A stretch of 64,000 nt of DNA from Rhodospirillaceae bacterium (GCA_018674495.1 JABHAA010000152.1:198-64197), one strand, 5' to 3'; shown: positions 39,517-49,890, numbered from the stretch's first letter. Numbers and translations are program-made. Notes: a model not told the origin generated them from the letters alone.

Positions 39517-40824
39517 ATGATTCCAAGATATTCCCGGCCCGAAATGGTGGCCATCTGGGAGCCCGCCAACAAATTCCGCATCTGGTTCGAGATCGAAGCC
39601 CACGCCTGCGACGCGCAGGCTGACCTCGGCGTGATCCCAATCGAAGCCGCGAAAGCCGTCTGGGCCGGCGGTGGCAAACCATACACGCCCGAACGTATCG
39701 CCCGCATCGACGCCATCGAAGCCGAGACCAAACACGACGTTATCGCCTTCACAACCGAGCTGGCCGAACAGGTCGGCGAAGAAGCCCGCTTCGTCCACCA
39801 GGGCATGACCTCGTCGGACGTGTTGGATACAGCCTTCGCCGTGCAGCTTACCGAAGCCGCCGATATTCTGCTCACCGGCGTGGACCGGGTGCTGGCGGCC
39901 CTCAAATCCCGCGCCATCGAGCACAAAGACACGGTCTGCATTGGGCGCAGCCACGCTATCCATGCAGAGCCAACCACCTTTGGTCTTAAGTTGGCCGGCC
40001 ACTACGCCGAGTTCCAGCGCGGCCGGGCGCGGCTTGAGGCGGCCCGCGCCGAGATCGCCACCTGCGCCATCTCCGGCGCCGTCGGTACCTTCGCCAATCT
40101 GGACCCGGCTGTTGAAGCCCACGTCGCCGATAAAATGGGCCTGACCCCGGAGCCGGTCTCGACCCAGGTCATTCCCCGCGACCGGCACGCCATGTTCTTT
40201 GCAACCTTGGGCGTGATCGCGTCCTCCATCGAAAGGCTGGCCACCGAGATCAGGCATTTGCAGCGCACAGAAGTTCGCGAAGCCTCGGAATTTTTCTCCG
40301 CCGGGCAAAAAGGCTCCTCGGCGATGCCGCATAAGCGCAACCCCGTCTTGACCGAAAATCTCACCGGCCTTGCCCGCACGGTGCGCGCCTGCGTCACGCC
40401 GGCCATGGAGAACGTCGCCCTCTGGCACGAACGGGATATCTCCCATTCATCCGTGGAGCGCGCCATCGGCCCGGACGCAACGATAACCCTGGATTTCGCC
40501 CTAAACCGCTGCGCCGGGGTGATCGAAAAGCTGCTTGTCTATCCGGACGCCATGCTGGCCAATTTGAACCAGCAGCGCGGCCTGGTATTTTCCGGGCGCG
40601 TGCTATTGGCGCTCACCCAGGCCGGGGTCTCAAGGGAAGACGCCTACCGCCTGGTCCAAACCAACGCCATGAAGGTGTGGGAGGAAGACGCCGATTTCCT
40701 GACCGAGCTTAAAGGCGATACCGAAGTGACAGCGAAACTATCCGAGGCCGAGATCGACGAGCAGTTCGATTTGGGTTATCACCGGCGCAATGTGGATGTG
40801 ATTTTCAAGCGCGTTTTCGGATAA
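39517..40824 (+). CDS. purB: Adenylosuccinate lyase
   Basis: The ATG at 39517 gives MIPRYSRPEMVAIW..., with the signature GSSAMPHKRNP. Confidence 0.93.
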   Translation: MIPRYSRPEMVAIWEPANKFRIWFEIEAHACDAQADLGVIPIEAAKAVWAGGGKPYTPERIARIDAIEAETKHDVIAFTTELAEQVGEEARFVHQGMTSSDVLDTAFAVQLTEAADILLTGVDRVLAALKSRAIEHKDTVCIGRSHAIHAEPTTFGLKLAGHYAEFQRGRARLEAARAEIATCAISGAVGTFANLDPAVEAHVADKMGLTPEPVSTQVIPRDRHAMFFATLGVIASSIERLATEIRHLQRTEVREASEFFSAGQKGSSAMPHKRNPVLTENLTGLARTVRACVTPAMENVALWHERDISHSSVERAIGPDATITLDFALNRCAGVIEKLLVYPDAMLANLNQQRGLVFSGRVLLALTQAGVSREDAYRLVQTNAMKVWEEDADFLTELKGDTEVTAKLSEAEIDEQFDLGYHRRNVDVIFKRVFG

Positions 40825-40832
40825 GCACGGCG

Positions 40833-41177
40833 ATGGCCAATTCCGGCCTTCTCGGCCCCTATCCACTGACCGCCGCCGAGATTGATCAACGCATCGATAC
40901 CTCCATCGCGGCCTTCGCATTGGGGCGGAAAGATGGCCGCAAGTTCCTGGTGCAGCATATCGGGCGCGCCGACAAGGACGCGAGCGCGGCTCTGAAGAGC
41001 CTGGTCGGCGATTACGACTATTTCAAATACCGGACCTATGTGTCGACGCGCCGGGCCTACGCCAAAGAATGCAAATTGTTCCACGATTTTCCGAGCGCGA
41101 ACAACGCTGGCCACCCCGAGCCGCCGCCGGGTATCCGTGTAAAATGCCCGGTCGCCACCTGTCGTCTGGCGGATTGA
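40833..41177 (+). CDS. Small hypothetical protein with a GIY-YIG-like motif arrangement
   Basis: 114 aa starting 8 nt after the purB stop. FAL-x9-HIGRAD, then ECKLFH, then NNAGHP...CPVATC, loosely resembling the GIY / YIG / R / E / N order. Judged by eye only. Confidence 0.4.
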   Translation: MANSGLLGPYPLTAAEIDQRIDTSIAAFALGRKDGRKFLVQHIGRADKDASAALKSLVGDYDYFKYRTYVSTRRAYAKECKLFHDFPSANNAGHPEPPPGIRVKCPVATCRLAD

Positions 41178-41194
41178 ACAGCTGTCCGGGGGGT

Positions 41195-42694
41195 ATGGAA
41201 ATGGATGCACCGAACCTTACCACCGCCATAACGGACTGGTCCCGCAAAGCACCCGCCGCACCCGCAATTTTGACAGCGGCTGGCACGCTGAGCTTTGCCG
41301 AATTGGACCGCGCCATCAATTGGACTGCCGATTCGTTCATGCGGGCGGGCCTGGCTTCGGGGAATCGCGTTGGCCTGCAACTGGCCAATCAAATTCAACA
41401 GCTGATTTCGTCGCTGGCCCTGGCCCGCCTCGGTGCCGGCCAAATAGCCTTCAACCTGTCGGATGGACCGCAATTTCGGGGCGATTTGATACGGCGTCTC
41501 TCTTTGGCGGCAATCATCACCGATCAGGCCTCCACCAACGGAAGCGGAGCGCCGGCGGTTGGGCCGCCGCCAGATACTTTGTCGGATTTAAAATCGCTGC
41601 CCACCATGACGTTCGATCCGGCGGTTGGCGGCGACTTGCCATATATTATCGCACCCACGTCCGGCACCTCAGCCGGCCGTCCAAAGCTTGGCATGATCAA
41701 CCAACAGCTCGGTAAATTAAGGGGCAGAGCTTCGGGGCACCTATTGCCTGATGGTCCTGGATGTATTTTTCTTGCCTTGGGCGACGTTGCGTTTCAATCA
41801 ATGAAACGCCGCGCGCTGGCCATCTTATATTCGGGTGGTTGTGTGGCCCTTCGAACCGGCACGGAAAACACATCCCAATTGATAGATTTCATCGCCGAAG
41901 GGGGCATAAATTATCTGAGCGGCACAGCGGTGCACGCATCGGCATTGTTGCAAGAGGCGCCGGCTGGTCCGGTCTTACTGCCAGGGCTCAATGCTATTCG
42001 TATGAGTTCGACACTAATTGCCGACAATTTGCGCGAAGAAATATTGGATCGGCTTACGCCAAAATTGTTTGTCACCTATGGCCTTACCGAATTTGGAACT
42101 GTCGCTGTTGCGACGCCCGGCCAGGTCGCCGCAATTGCGGGCGTGGTGGGAACATTGGTGCCGGGTGCCGAGGCCGCCATTGTTGATGATCGGGGCCAGC
42201 AATTGCCGGCCGGCGAGCCTGGTCATTTGCGGGTCAAATCCGATACGCTGGTCGGCGGTTATCTGGGCGCGCCGTTGGCGTCCGAAGAGGCGTTTCATGA
42301 TGGTTGGTTCGATACCGGCGATCTAGTAACCATGACTTCGGATGGCTGTTTGATCCATCATGGCCGCGCCGATGATGTGATGATCTTGGACGGCATTAAC
42401 ATTCACCCGGCAGAAATCGAAAGCGCTCTCTTGCGCCACCCCGCAGTGGCCGAGACCGCGGCATTCTCCGTACAAGCGGATATCCGCGGCGATCTGCCGA
42501 TGGTTGCCGTGGTTTTAAAAGAAAAGACGTCAGCAAAATTACTGATCAAATTTGGCCGTGCCGAACTTGGCTCCCGGCGCCCACGCGGCGTGATGATCCT
42601 GGACGCCCTACCGCGCAACGCCGCTGGCAAGGTGTTGCGCAACCAATTGATTGCCGAGTATCAGCGCCGCCATGGCGAAAACTTGGACCAATGA
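41195..42694 (+). CDS. AMP-dependent synthetase/ligase (acyl- or aryl-CoA ligase family)
   Basis: The ATG at 41195 gives about 499 aa. Adenylation motifs are TSGTSAGRPKLG, YGLTEFG, GWFDTGDL, GRADDVMILDGINIHPAEIE and PRNAAGKVLR. Confidence 0.85.
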   Translation: MEMDAPNLTTAITDWSRKAPAAPAILTAAGTLSFAELDRAINWTADSFMRAGLASGNRVGLQLANQIQQLISSLALARLGAGQIAFNLSDGPQFRGDLIRRLSLAAIITDQASTNGSGAPAVGPPPDTLSDLKSLPTMTFDPAVGGDLPYIIAPTSGTSAGRPKLGMINQQLGKLRGRASGHLLPDGPGCIFLALGDVAFQSMKRRALAILYSGGCVALRTGTENTSQLIDFIAEGGINYLSGTAVHASALLQEAPAGPVLLPGLNAIRMSSTLIADNLREEILDRLTPKLFVTYGLTEFGTVAVATPGQVAAIAGVVGTLVPGAEAAIVDDRGQQLPAGEPGHLRVKSDTLVGGYLGAPLASEEAFHDGWFDTGDLVTMTSDGCLIHHGRADDVMILDGINIHPAEIESALLRHPAVAETAAFSVQADIRGDLPMVAVVLKEKTSAKLLIKFGRAELGSRRPRGVMILDALPRNAAGKVLRNQLIAEYQRRHGENLDQ

Positions 42695-42774
42695 GCACCG
42701 ACCGACTCCAGATCGTTGAAAAATTTGGCCGATTTAACACCAAGTTGCGGGGTTAAATCGTATACTGTCACGAA

Positions 42775-44016
42775 TTAACCATCTGGCGTTTGTACAGTCC
42801 CTTCGCCCACTTCCCGGGCCGCGTCTTTCACGTCGTACTCGTAGATCCAGTCGCTTTGCATCATGGTTTTATCGGAGCCGATGCGGGTTTTTATCGCCAT
42901 GCTCACGTCGCGTTTGAAGCGCTCAAAACGTGACGGCAGATGGTTGAACTTGGCCCGCGCCCGGGAGCCTGCTTGAATTTTCGTGGTCCGAGGTATGCGC
43001 AATCCTTCATAGGCCCGCAAGGCGCCGGCGATATCGTCCGGGCCGGTTGCCAGCAGCTCGGCAAGCACGCAGCCATCCTCGCTTGCCGTGCCGGCGCCCT
43101 GGCCAAGATAGGGCAGCATCGGGTGGACGGCGTCGCCGAGCATGGTAACGGTGCCCCGGCCCCAGGCCTTTAGCGGGTCGCGGTCGTAGAGCGCCCATTT
43201 GTAATATTTGTCGGAAGTCCGGAACAAGCGGTGGAGATAGTCGTTCCAGCCGGCGAAGGTGTCTGTCAGTTCGACAAGATCGCATTCCTCGGTCCAGGAA
43301 TCCTCGGCCCAGGCGTCGCTGTCGAAATGGGCGACGAAATTCATCAACGTGCCGCGCCGCACCGGGTAATGCACCACATGGCCGTGCGGACCCCACCAGG
43401 CGGTCATTTCCATGACCCGGTCCTCAGGGCGAAGCGCTTCCATCGGCACCATGCCGCGCCAGCAGACGCAGCCGGTAAAGCGGGGCTCGCCGGCGCCGAA
43501 CATGGATGCCCGCACCGCCGAGCGAATGCCGTCGGCGCCAACGATAATATCGGCCTCGATCTCTCGGCCATTTTTGAAACGGGCGACGGACGCCCTATCG
43601 CCGGGCGCCACCCCGGTGCATTGGTGGCCGAGATGGAAAATGTTATCGGGCAGGGCGCCTGCCAAAACATCCAATATGTCGGCCCGGTGGATGGTGAGAA
43701 ACTTGGCTCCGAAGCGCGCCTCCAGCCCGCCGGCGCTGTTTTCCTGGCGCCGGATGACGCGCCCGCTCTTGTAGTTGCGCGCCATCGTGGCTTTGGTGTG
43801 ATGGCCGATCTCGACCATCGCGTCTTCGACGCCCAGCAGGCGGAACGCCTTCAGCGCGTTGGGACTCATATTGACGCCGGCGCCGATTTCCTTGATCTCG
43901 GCGGACTGCTCGTAGACCGCGACCTCGATACCGCGCCGGTGGAGGGCAAGCGCCGCGGCAAGCCCGCCGATCCCTCCGCCGATGATTGCGACCTTAGGCG
44001 TTCTTTTCACCGGCAT
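42775..44016 (-). CDS. FAD-dependent aromatic monooxygenase (salicylate / 3-hydroxybenzoate hydroxylase-like)
   Basis: The internal ATG at 44016 gives MPVKRTPKVAIIGGGIGGLAAAL (GxGxxG), with ADGIRS and LGDAVHPMLPYLGQGAG. Confidence 0.85.
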   Translation of the reverse strand: MPVKRTPKVAIIGGGIGGLAAALALHRRGIEVAVYEQSAEIKEIGAGVNMSPNALKAFRLLGVEDAMVEIGHHTKATMARNYKSGRVIRRQENSAGGLEARFGAKFLTIHRADILDVLAGALPDNIFHLGHQCTGVAPGDRASVARFKNGREIEADIIVGADGIRSAVRASMFGAGEPRFTGCVCWRGMVPMEALRPEDRVMEMTAWWGPHGHVVHYPVRRGTLMNFVAHFDSDAWAEDSWTEECDLVELTDTFAGWNDYLHRLFRTSDKYYKWALYDRDPLKAWGRGTVTMLGDAVHPMLPYLGQGAGTASEDGCVLAELLATGPDDIAGALRAYEGLRIPRTTKIQAGSRARAKFNHLPSRFERFKRDVSMAIKTRIGSDKTMMQSDWIYEYDVKDAAREVGEGTVQTPDG

Positions 44017-44118
44017 TTTCCAAATGATTTTCGAAGCGCATCCGATGATAGCCATATCCCACCCTTGCGGAAAAGAAATTCATTCCGCCACCAAACAGTG
44101 GACCGGCTTTTATCGGCC

Positions 44119-45171
44119 TTAAAGAACCTTGGCGCGCTTCAGGATCGGGATCACATCCGTGCCGTACATTTCAATCATTTCCGCGCGCTTTTCATCCAGC
44201 CCGCGTCCGATTGTGCCAAGGAAATGACCGGCGCCAAAGGATCGGGATTGCTCGATAATCTGCTCGGCAACCTGTTCCGGTGTGCCGGCGATGAACTCGT
44301 CTTCGTGCAGGGAGAAACCGGCGCCGGCCTTTGGTGCATCCAGCACGGAACTATTCTCCCTGTTCACCCGCGGGTCCGCCGCCATTACCCTTCTGGCTAT
44401 TGCCAGCGCGATTGATGCGGCTTCGTGCGCTTCGCTTTCGTCTCTAGCGATGGATACGTTGCGCCGGACGGCGAGATCGTCCGGGCCGGCGGTGCGGTCC
44501 TGGCGGTCTGCCTCATGGCGGTAGGCGTCGAATATTTCGGTGATCCTTGCGACCGATTCGAAGCCGGTGCAGATCTTGGAATTGCGCTGGGCCGAGCGCT
44601 CCGCCGACGGATTGCTCACCACCGTTGTCCATTTCGGCGGCGACGGTTGTTGCAAGGGGCGTGGCATGATGCTGAGGTTGTCAAAGTTCCAATATTTGCC
44701 GTGATGGCTGAAAACCGGCTCGGCCAATGCGGCGTCCACAAATTCCAGCATCTCGTTGTAGCGTTCCCGTGCCTCACTGGCTTCCAGCCCGCCCCGGGAA
44801 ATCTCTTGCGGCACACCCGCGGCGCAACCGATCTCCAAACGCCCCCCGGACAAATGATCGAGCATGCAAATCTCTTCGACAATCCGCCACGGCTGGTAGA
44901 ACGGCAGCACCATACCCATGGTGCCAAGGCGCAACCGTTTGGTTCGCTGGGCAAGCGCCGCGATCATCAGATTGGGCGAGGGGCTGTAGGAGAGCGAGAA
45001 ATGATGTTCGGAAAAGAATATGCCTTCAAAGCCTAGCGCTTCGGCCCGCTCCCATTTTTCGAAACCAGCTGCGAATGTTTTTGAAATGGCGCTTGGATCG
45101 ATTGCTATTTCCGGGTCTTCCGGCGCGTACAGAAACTCGAATATCCACGACTTGATCAACCGTTCCTCCAT
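44119..45171 (-). CDS. LLM-class (luciferase-like) flavin-dependent oxidoreductase
   Basis: 350 aa. FEGIFFSEHHF, LGTMGMVLPFYQPWRIVEEICMLDHLSGGRLEIG is the typical bacterial luciferase family pattern. Confidence 0.85.
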   Translation of the reverse strand: MEERLIKSWIFEFLYAPEDPEIAIDPSAISKTFAAGFEKWERAEALGFEGIFFSEHHFSLSYSPSPNLMIAALAQRTKRLRLGTMGMVLPFYQPWRIVEEICMLDHLSGGRLEIGCAAGVPQEISRGGLEASEARERYNEMLEFVDAALAEPVFSHHGKYWNFDNLSIMPRPLQQPSPPKWTTVVSNPSAERSAQRNSKICTGFESVARITEIFDAYRHEADRQDRTAGPDDLAVRRNVSIARDESEAHEAASIALAIARRVMAADPRVNRENSSVLDAPKAGAGFSLHEDEFIAGTPEQVAEQIIEQSRSFGAGHFLGTIGRGLDEKRAEMIEMYGTDVIPILKRAKVL

Positions 45172-45411
45172 TTTCTGGACATGTATGGCGCAAGCGGCCA
45201 GTGGGTTCGGTGGTTATAGTGGAGCGGCGATTTCCTGTCGATGCGATTGCGCACATCTGCAGAGGGCGCTGCGGCGTGGCCAGCTCGCCGATGCGCCTGC
45301 CCCGGCGGAGTTCACGCGCGTTTCAGTCGATATCCAAATTTATCAAGGAATGGGTGATATGTTGAATATCTGGATTCTTCTGGCGCATAATTGCCGCCGT
45401 TGGGGATAAGA

Positions 45412-45810
45412 ATGCAATTAACCGGCAAGCTCGTGACGGGCGCCAAGCAAGCGTCATTGTTCACCCAATTGGACTGGGTGATGAAGCAATGCGCCGAGAA
45501 GCTCGGGTTTGAGCCATATCCTGGTACGTTGAACCTGGAAATTGTTGCGGACGATTTGGGGCTGCTCCTTCAGTTGAAGCATCAAAAAGGGGTGGAGCTG
45601 CTACCCCCTGACCCGAATTTCTGTATTGCAACGGTATTGCCCATTCATATCGGAGATTATGAAGGCGCTGTCGTGGTTCCCGCCGAAGAAGTGAGTATCC
45701 ATAATGAAAATATCATCGAGATAATATCTGGCGAAAAACTGAGAGGCGCCCTCAATATCGAGGACGGCGATTTGGTTACGATTAGATTTGAAAAGTCGTT
45801 GGTGGCGTAA
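45412..45810 (+). CDS. ribK: Archaeal-type CTP-dependent riboflavin kinase homologue (DUF120 / PF01982-like)
   Basis: ATG at 45412 with GGGGA upstream, 132 aa. GKLVTGAKQASLF..., LGFEPYPGTLNLEI, EGAVVVPAEE...IIEIISGEKLRGALNIEDGDLVTI closely parallel the M. jannaschii MJ0056 pattern (LGFEPYEGTLNL; DGAIVVP...IIEIIAP.KLR..FNLKDGD) as I remember it. The region is visibly AT-rich. Confidence 0.82.
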   Translation: MQLTGKLVTGAKQASLFTQLDWVMKQCAEKLGFEPYPGTLNLEIVADDLGLLLQLKHQKGVELLPPDPNFCIATVLPIHIGDYEGAVVVPAEEVSIHNENIIEIISGEKLRGALNIEDGDLVTIRFEKSLVA

Positions 45811-46020
45811 ATAATTTTGGACCGACCAGCCGCCAAATATACCGCTTGGTTGCAAACGAACGGAAGTGGACTTGAATTCTCCGCCATTCAAACTATATCG
45901 TTCTCAAGACCTTGCTCTTGAACATTGTAAATATGGTTAGTTGACCACGCGCCGCACCGATACGGGCCCGGACGCGAAGCTTTCGCCGTGCGTGGAACGA
46001 AGGTTCAGGCACGGGTTACC

Positions 46021-46060
46021 CATACCAATCCATACTTATCCCTACCAAACCATACCGGAT
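46021..46060. repeat. Four tandem degenerate 10-bp direct repeats
   Basis: CATACCAATC / CATACTTATC / CCTACCAAAC / CATACCGGAT, in exact 10-nt register, with core C(A/C)TAC conserved in all four. They sit 24 nt downstream of the uvrB stop. Confidence 0.8.
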
Positions 46061-46083
46061 ATTTCCCAGAATAAGTCGCACCA

Positions 46084-48252
46084 TTACGCGCCGATCCGTT
46101 TCTTCTTCTTTTTATTCATCTTAGCCCCGCCATGCGCCTGCATCTTCTTCTGCGGCATGCGCCCGGACCCTAATCCAGCCGCCGCAGCCACCGAGGGCGC
46201 CACGCCGGCCTTGCCGAGGCCAAGCTCGATACCCTCAAGCCGCCGGATTTCATCGCGCAATCTTGCCGCCTCTTCGAACTCCAGATTGGCGGCGGCGTCG
46301 AGCATGCGGGTTTTGATGTCGGCCATGTGGCTTTGGTAATTGTCGCCAACCAGATGGGTCTCGCCGGAAACGCCCATATCCACCGTCACATAATCGGCCT
46401 CGTAGACGCTTTCCAGAACATCGGTGATGCCTTTTTTAACGCTTTCGGGCGTGATGCCGTGGGCCTTGTTATAGGCGGTTTGCTTTTCCCGGCGGCGGTT
46501 GGTCTCGCCGATGGCATAGTCGAGGCTATCGGTCATCTTGTCCGCATACAAAATCACCCTGCCATCGATGTTGCGCGCCGCCCGGCCAATGGTTTGCACC
46601 AGCGAGGTTTTGGAGCGCAGGAAGCCTTCCTTGTCCGCATCCAAAATGGCCACCAAGGCGCATTCGGGAATGTCCAAGCCTTCGCGCAACAGATTGATGC
46701 CGATCAGCACATCGAAAGCGCCAAGGCGCAAATCGCGGATAATTTCAATGCGCTCCAAGGTGTCGATGTCGGAATGCAGGTAACGCACGCGGATGCCGGC
46801 CTCGTGCATGTATTCGGTCAGATCTTCGGACATTTTTTTGGTCAGCGTGGTCACCAGTACCCGCTGGCCGGCATTTGCGGCGTCCCGGCATTCGGCCAGC
46901 AGATCGTCGACCTGGCTCGTCACCGGGCGGATGATGCATTGGGGATCGATCAGGCCCGTCGGGCGCACCACCTGTTCGGTGAAGACGCCGCCGACGCGCT
47001 CCAACTCCCAGGGGCCGGGGGTGGCCGACACATAGGTGGTTTGCGGGCGCATGGCCTCCCACTCGTCGAACTTCAAAGGCCGGTTGTCGATGCAGGACGG
47101 CAAGCGGAAGCCAAACTCGGCCAGGGTGGTTTTGCGGGCGAAATCGCCTTTATACATGGCGCCCAGTTGCGGCACGGTGACGTGGCACTCATCGACGACC
47201 AGGAGTGCGTTTTCGGGCAGATATTCGAACAAGGTGGGCGGCGGCTCGCCGGCGTTGCGGCCCGTCAGGTACCGGGAATAGTTTTCGATGCCGGCGCAAT
47301 GGCCGGTGGTCTCCAACATCTCCAAATCGAAGGTGGTGCGCTCGGACAAGCGTTGGGCTTCCAGGAGCTTGCCTTCCTTGTCGAACCAGGCGACGCGCTC
47401 TTTCAATTCGGCGCGGATTTGCGGGATGGCTTGTTGCAAGGTCGGGCGCGGCGTCACGTAGTGGCTGGACGGGTAGACGGTGATTTCTTCCAGCGCCGAC
47501 ACCTTTTCGCCGGTCAAGGGATCGATCTCCCAGATGCCTTCCAACTCGTCGCCGAACAGGCTGAGCCGCCAGGCCCGGTCTTCCAGGTGGGAGGGGAAAA
47601 TTTCAATGACGTCGCCGCGCACACGAAACGTGGAACGGTAAAAGGCGGTGTCGTTGCGGGTGTACTGCAATTCGACGAAACGCTTGAGCAGTTCCGAGCG
47701 GTCGATTTTTTCGCCGGCCTTTATCTTGATGGTCATCTGGGCGTAGGTTTCCACCGAGCCGATGCCATAGATGCAGGAGACCGAGGCAACGATGATCACG
47801 TCGTTGCGCTCCAACAATGCGCGCGTGGCGGAATGGCGCATGCGGTCGATCTGCTCGTTGATGGAGGCGTCTTTTTCGATATAGGTGTCGGTGCGCGGAA
47901 CGTACGCTTCGGGTTGGTAGTAGTCGTAATAGGAGACGAAATATTCGACCGCGTTATCCGGAAAGAACTCCTTCATCTCGCCGTACAATTGCGCCGCCAG
48001 GGTTTTGTTCGGGGCCAGCACCAGGGTCGGGCGGTTCAGGTTCTGAATGGCGTGCGCAATGGTGAAGGTCTTGCCCGACCCGGTGACGCCCAGCAGAACC
48101 TGATCGCGCTCGCCCTGCTCCAACCCCCGGGTCAATTCGGTAATGGCTTGTGGCTGATCGCCGGCCGGCTCAAAACCGGAGACCACGCGCAACTTGCCGC
48201 TACCCTCGACGATGGGCCGCTTTTCAGGGATGAAGATGGCGCGCTCGAACAT
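46084..48252 (-). CDS. uvrB: Excinuclease ABC subunit B
   Basis: 722 aa with [16 protein letters not shown], the helicase motifs, and a C-terminal UVR domain ([17 protein letters not shown]) plus a Lys-rich tail. Confidence 0.95.
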   Translation of the reverse strand: MFERAIFIPEKRPIVEGSGKLRVVSGFEPAGDQPQAITELTRGLEQGERDQVLLGVTGSGKTFTIAHAIQNLNRPTLVLAPNKTLAAQLYGEMKEFFPDNAVEYFVSYYDYYQPEAYVPRTDTYIEKDASINEQIDRMRHSATRALLERNDVIIVASVSCIYGIGSVETYAQMTIKIKAGEKIDRSELLKRFVELQYTRNDTAFYRSTFRVRGDVIEIFPSHLEDRAWRLSLFGDELEGIWEIDPLTGEKVSALEEITVYPSSHYVTPRPTLQQAIPQIRAELKERVAWFDKEGKLLEAQRLSERTTFDLEMLETTGHCAGIENYSRYLTGRNAGEPPPTLFEYLPENALLVVDECHVTVPQLGAMYKGDFARKTTLAEFGFRLPSCIDNRPLKFDEWEAMRPQTTYVSATPGPWELERVGGVFTEQVVRPTGLIDPQCIIRPVTSQVDDLLAECRDAANAGQRVLVTTLTKKMSEDLTEYMHEAGIRVRYLHSDIDTLERIEIIRDLRLGAFDVLIGINLLREGLDIPECALVAILDADKEGFLRSKTSLVQTIGRAARNIDGRVILYADKMTDSLDYAIGETNRRREKQTAYNKAHGITPESVKKGITDVLESVYEADYVTVDMGVSGETHLVGDNYQSHMADIKTRMLDAAANLEFEEAARLRDEIRRLEGIELGLGKAGVAPSVAAAAGLGSGRMPQKKMQAHGGAKMNKKKKKRIGA

Positions 48253-48261
48253 GGAGGCAGT

Positions 48262-49740
48262 TTAACCGGTCGGTTTCGTATTTGCACCCGTGCCTTGAGC
48301 TTTGCTGGCGAGCAACACGAGGGCAAAAACGACAACCGAAATCGCCGCCGCCAGATGGAAGGTTGTCTGATAGCCGGCCTGGAAGGCGGCGTCCGGCGCG
48401 GCACCCCCGGCGGCGGCAGTTTTCGAAATGATGCGGAACAGTTCGAACAGTAACGAGGCGGCGGTAACAAACCCCATGGAACGGGTCATTTCCACCAGGC
48501 TGCCGGCGACGCCCCGATCGCTGCGCGGAAACTCGTCGGTAACCGTATAGAAATAGGCGGCCTGAAACATGCCAAGAGTTAAGCCGGTTAGACCCATGGC
48601 GGCTAGCATGGCGCCAAGGCTAGCGACCGCGCCCCAACCGCCAATCAACCAAAGTCCAGCGCCCTGAACCAGCGGCGCCAGGATCAATAACCGGGCGGCC
48701 AGGGCACGCGCCGATAATTGGCCGGCCCCGAGAATTTTTCCAGTGGCGAGGAAGGCGATAGCGATACCCAGAGGGTAGCTGGCCAGGATCAATCCCGCGT
48801 CACCCGCACCTAGGCCCGATATTCGTCTGAGGTAAAACGGGGTCAGTAGCATGATCACGAAGCTGGCCAAGTTCACCAAGACGCTGGCGGCGGCGAGGCT
48901 GGAAAACCAGGGACGGCGGAAATAGGAAAGATCGATGATCGGCTGCGGATGATGGGACTGACGGCGGATAAAGAAGGCGAATCCGAGGACCGATATGGCG
49001 GCGAATACCAGCCACACGCCGCCGCCGGTCCAAATCATATTGACGGCAATAAAGAGCCCGGCGATGCCGGCGCCGAGCATTCCGGCACCAGTAAAATCGA
49101 ATTGCACTGTTTCTTCGCGGGCGCCGGGTGCAGGCAGAAGCGGCGAAAGGGCAAGGGCTGCGAGTGCAACGGGCACCCGGTACCAGAACACCGCTTCCCA
49201 GCCGAAGCCATCGATCAAGAGGCCGCCCAGATAGGGTCCGGCGACCAGCCCGGCGGCGAACATCATGCCGTAGACGCCGATCACCTGGCCGCGCCGGTTC
49301 TCGGCAAAAAGGCCGATGGCCAGTGCCGGGCCACTGCCGACAATCAGCGCGGCGCCGATGCCTTGGATCACTCGGGCGGCGAGGAGGACAGGAAACGGCG
49401 GCGCGGCGGCATCCAGGGCAAGGGCCGCCGCGCTGATCAAGAGGCCGCTCTGGAAGACGCGCCGGTAGCCCCAGACATCGCCGGCGCGCCCGGCTATGAG
49501 GAGTAAACTGATCGTGGTGAGGATAAAACTGACGACGATCAGCCGCATGTCCGATGCGGCGACGGAATAATGATCGGTGATGTATGGGAACGCCACGTTG
49601 ACCGATGAATCGAGCGGCGCCACCAAAACGCCAAGTCCTACGATCAAAAGCCGGCGTACCGGGTGGACCGGGGTTTTCGGAGCGGCGTTTTGGGGATCCG
49701 GCGCGGAGGTCATGGGCCAAATGGTATGAGAATCCTGCAC
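48262..49740 (-). CDS. MFS transporter (14-TM DHA2/EmrB-like)
   Basis: 492 aa with about 14 hydrophobic segments and GRAGDVWGYRR in the loop 2-3 position. It stops 9 nt before the uvrB start. Confidence 0.8.
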   Translation of the reverse strand: MQDSHTIWPMTSAPDPQNAAPKTPVHPVRRLLIVGLGVLVAPLDSSVNVAFPYITDHYSVAASDMRLIVVSFILTTISLLLIAGRAGDVWGYRRVFQSGLLISAAALALDAAAPPFPVLLAARVIQGIGAALIVGSGPALAIGLFAENRRGQVIGVYGMMFAAGLVAGPYLGGLLIDGFGWEAVFWYRVPVALAALALSPLLPAPGAREETVQFDFTGAGMLGAGIAGLFIAVNMIWTGGGVWLVFAAISVLGFAFFIRRQSHHPQPIIDLSYFRRPWFSSLAAASVLVNLASFVIMLLTPFYLRRISGLGAGDAGLILASYPLGIAIAFLATGKILGAGQLSARALAARLLILAPLVQGAGLWLIGGWGAVASLGAMLAAMGLTGLTLGMFQAAYFYTVTDEFPRSDRGVAGSLVEMTRSMGFVTAASLLFELFRIISKTAAAGGAAPDAAFQAGYQTTFHLAAAISVVVFALVLLASKAQGTGANTKPTG

Positions 49741-49890
49741 GCGGTGAAACCAATTTTTGCCGCTCCGCCAGCACTACAAATTGTCGTCCAGTTCTGCCGG
49801 TTGATCTATTTCTGGATATAAGTAATTCTAATGGGCTGCTAGTGATCAAAAAAATTTAAAAATTAGCCCCTTAAAATAGGAACAGGTTTC

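Noticed and set aside
46327-48453. 708-aa ORF on the + strand spanning the whole uvrB locus
   Set aside because: It is exactly antisense to a gene with unmistakable UvrB motifs. Its translation is low-complexity (Gly/Ala/Arg/His/Gln-rich) with no recognisable domain. Long stop-free antisense frames are expected in high-GC genes.
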